64,000 nucleotides of DNA from Phoronis australis (taxonomy: Eukaryota; Animalia; Phoronida): the NCBI GenBank assembly GCA_002633005.1, contig NMRA01000169.1, forward strand, positions 475,387 to 539,386, read 5' to 3'. The position numbers and the translations under genes were made by a program. The notes beneath the pieces were generated by a model. The model did no database searches. It was not told the origin of the DNA and saw nothing but the letters and a program-made list of their open reading frames with translations. Within the stretch, counting starts at the first letter, position 1; the number at the start of each line of letters is the position of its first letter. Below, piece after piece: positions 62,207 through 64,000 of the stretch.

Positions 62207-64000
62207 TCTGAAAAGTGTTACTAATTAGTTGATCTAAACAGCAACTTGGAACATATCGGTTTATGACCGCAAAACGGATTTTTGGAATTGCTGGGCAAAA
62301 TACATCTAGACTTCTTGAAGTTATTAGCTCTGACTAGAGCTTTAAAAGAACAAAATTTGCTGTGTTTTTGTGATTTTGTAGCAAATCGACAATTCTCTCG
62401 GTTTTCTGCCAGACATTCCTCGAAATCAACGCCAGTGTATTTATCATTTGAATATATGCTTACTGTAAAATACTCTTGGGGTTTAGTGGCAATAGTGTTT
62501 GGTTGCTACTACAGAACACTAGGTTAAATTCTGTGAGAATGTCCATTCAAGGGTTGATAAGTGTAGACTCATGAATAAGTTGGAACAAAATCTGACCATT
62601 GGTTGGGCCTTGCATGCCTCAAAGAGTATAAGGTTTTGTCAAACTTGCGGCAAACTTAAGCAATGTCTTCACACATTCCGCTGTCTCCCATTCAATGCAT
62701 GGAAATTAATGGGAAAGCTTAACTCACACACTCAGTCATCGCAACTCCTCAAAATAGATGGATTAAAGTGTGGAGTTGCGCAACCCCGCTGCAGTGGGAA
62801 CTGTTGATTCCAGCTGGAGTAATTGCCTGAGGCCGCGACGTCAGTCGTACAAGACTCGATGAGACTGTCGTCATTCCCGTTGCTCACGTGCTCTCGATAG
62901 TTGCGCATAAGGAAATAAACTTTGTTAAAGACGTGACTAGACTTTTTGTTAGTGAGCTTGATACTGGTACATTCGTAATTTCGAAACAGTCTCCTTTCTT
63001 CTGGTGTGCAGGTATGAAGTAACAAAACAAGAGACATAACAAATAAACAAAAACAGTAGCTATATGCCGTGACTTCATGTCACATCATCAGGCAATGAGT
63101 GGAATGAACGTATACAGAGCTAAATAAACAGTGAAATACACGTGACAGCATACAAGTAGAGAGTGTGAATGCAATACACGGTAATCTAGTCGTGTCTTCA
63201 ACGAGTTTGTGTAAATGAAGGGCCACTACCGGACTATACTGATAAAGAAATTACAGAACAACAGTCTGATTGAGAATAACTCTGATCTGTCTGGCACTGT
63301 TCATCTTAAATAGTGGTCTTATTAATCGGGAATTCATTAGTTTGAGAGTACGATTCATGTACTCCATCTGGTGATTAATCCAGAGAACTAACGGAAAGTC
63401 CGATGTCGCCAGGCAATGGGAAATTTGAGTGGAGTTGTGCGGGTTGCAATAGACCAGAGTTCCTCCTAAGTTACCTGGTGCTATTATGATCGGACTATTT
63501 ACGTGGATTTATTTACAAAGTTGATAACTATAAAAACAAGTGTAGTAAAAATGCATTATATAGATATCATTCCTTGACTGGAATTCGTTAATGGTCTTGA
63601 TGAAAATGTCTAAAGATAATGCCTTCATTTCGACGAGTTTGCACCTGGATTTCTGTAGCCAAGCTTAATATGTGGAATTAATTGTAATTTTTCCATTGAT
63701 AGCAAAGCACTTTGACTGTCGCACTGAAATTAATTATCCTTCATTATTCAAAATTGAGCCAATTTGACAAAGGGTATTACTATTCACTATCTGTGCATGA
63801 TTTGTCTATCAGTACGTCTGTCGATCAATTCTCAATCGTCTGCAATTGTTTTGTTGTTAGCTAAAAAATAGTGCTTAAATGCTCGAAACATTTGCTTTAT
63901 TTTCACCAAGTGTGTAATACAGAGATTCATCTGTCAAGGGTCATCCTTAAAATAGGAACATATTTTGTAAATTACAGTCCTCCGTTTATTTACGTTTTCA

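Noticed and set aside
63065-63095. Hammerhead or SECIS-like hairpin (CTGATGA-TGTGAC..GTCAC on the minus strand)
   Set aside because: Lacks the GAAA box and the SECIS non-Watson-Crick quartet; no selenoprotein UGA context.

Overview
AT-rich, intron-rich animal genomic DNA from a gapped, apparently heterozygous draft assembly. Gene structure suggests an invertebrate deuterostome such as a hemichordate or echinoderm (inference). Three protein-coding genes were reconstructed by hand from GT-AG boundaries and reading phase. (1) The 3' part of COG8 (+, 723-8049): 7 exons visible, one more probably lost in the 4999-5127 gap, ending in a long acidic tail. (2) A complete TNNI3K ankyrin-repeat kinase (-, ATG 27686 to stop 9517; 21 coding exons, 2511 nt, 836 aa). 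(3) The first three coding exons of a SynGAP/RASAL2(nGAP)/DAB2IP-family RasGAP (+, ATG 33012, 26-kb first intron), which the ORF track misses entirely. TNNI3K and the RasGAP are head-to-head, probably share a bidirectional promoter near 32.6-32.9 kb, and each has an upstream AUG overlapping its start codon. Introns contain Kolobok-, hAT-, Harbinger- and mariner/pogo-like non-autonomous elements, L2/CR1 3' ends, tRNA-SINE remnants and minisatellites. Two duplications joined by a single N look like uncollapsed haplotypes. I found no convincing wholly new biological system. The best leads are the shared promoter with uORFs, a Kolobok remnant retaining THAP and KolX-like starts, a duplicated TNNI3K splice donor and a compact pseudoknot-like element.
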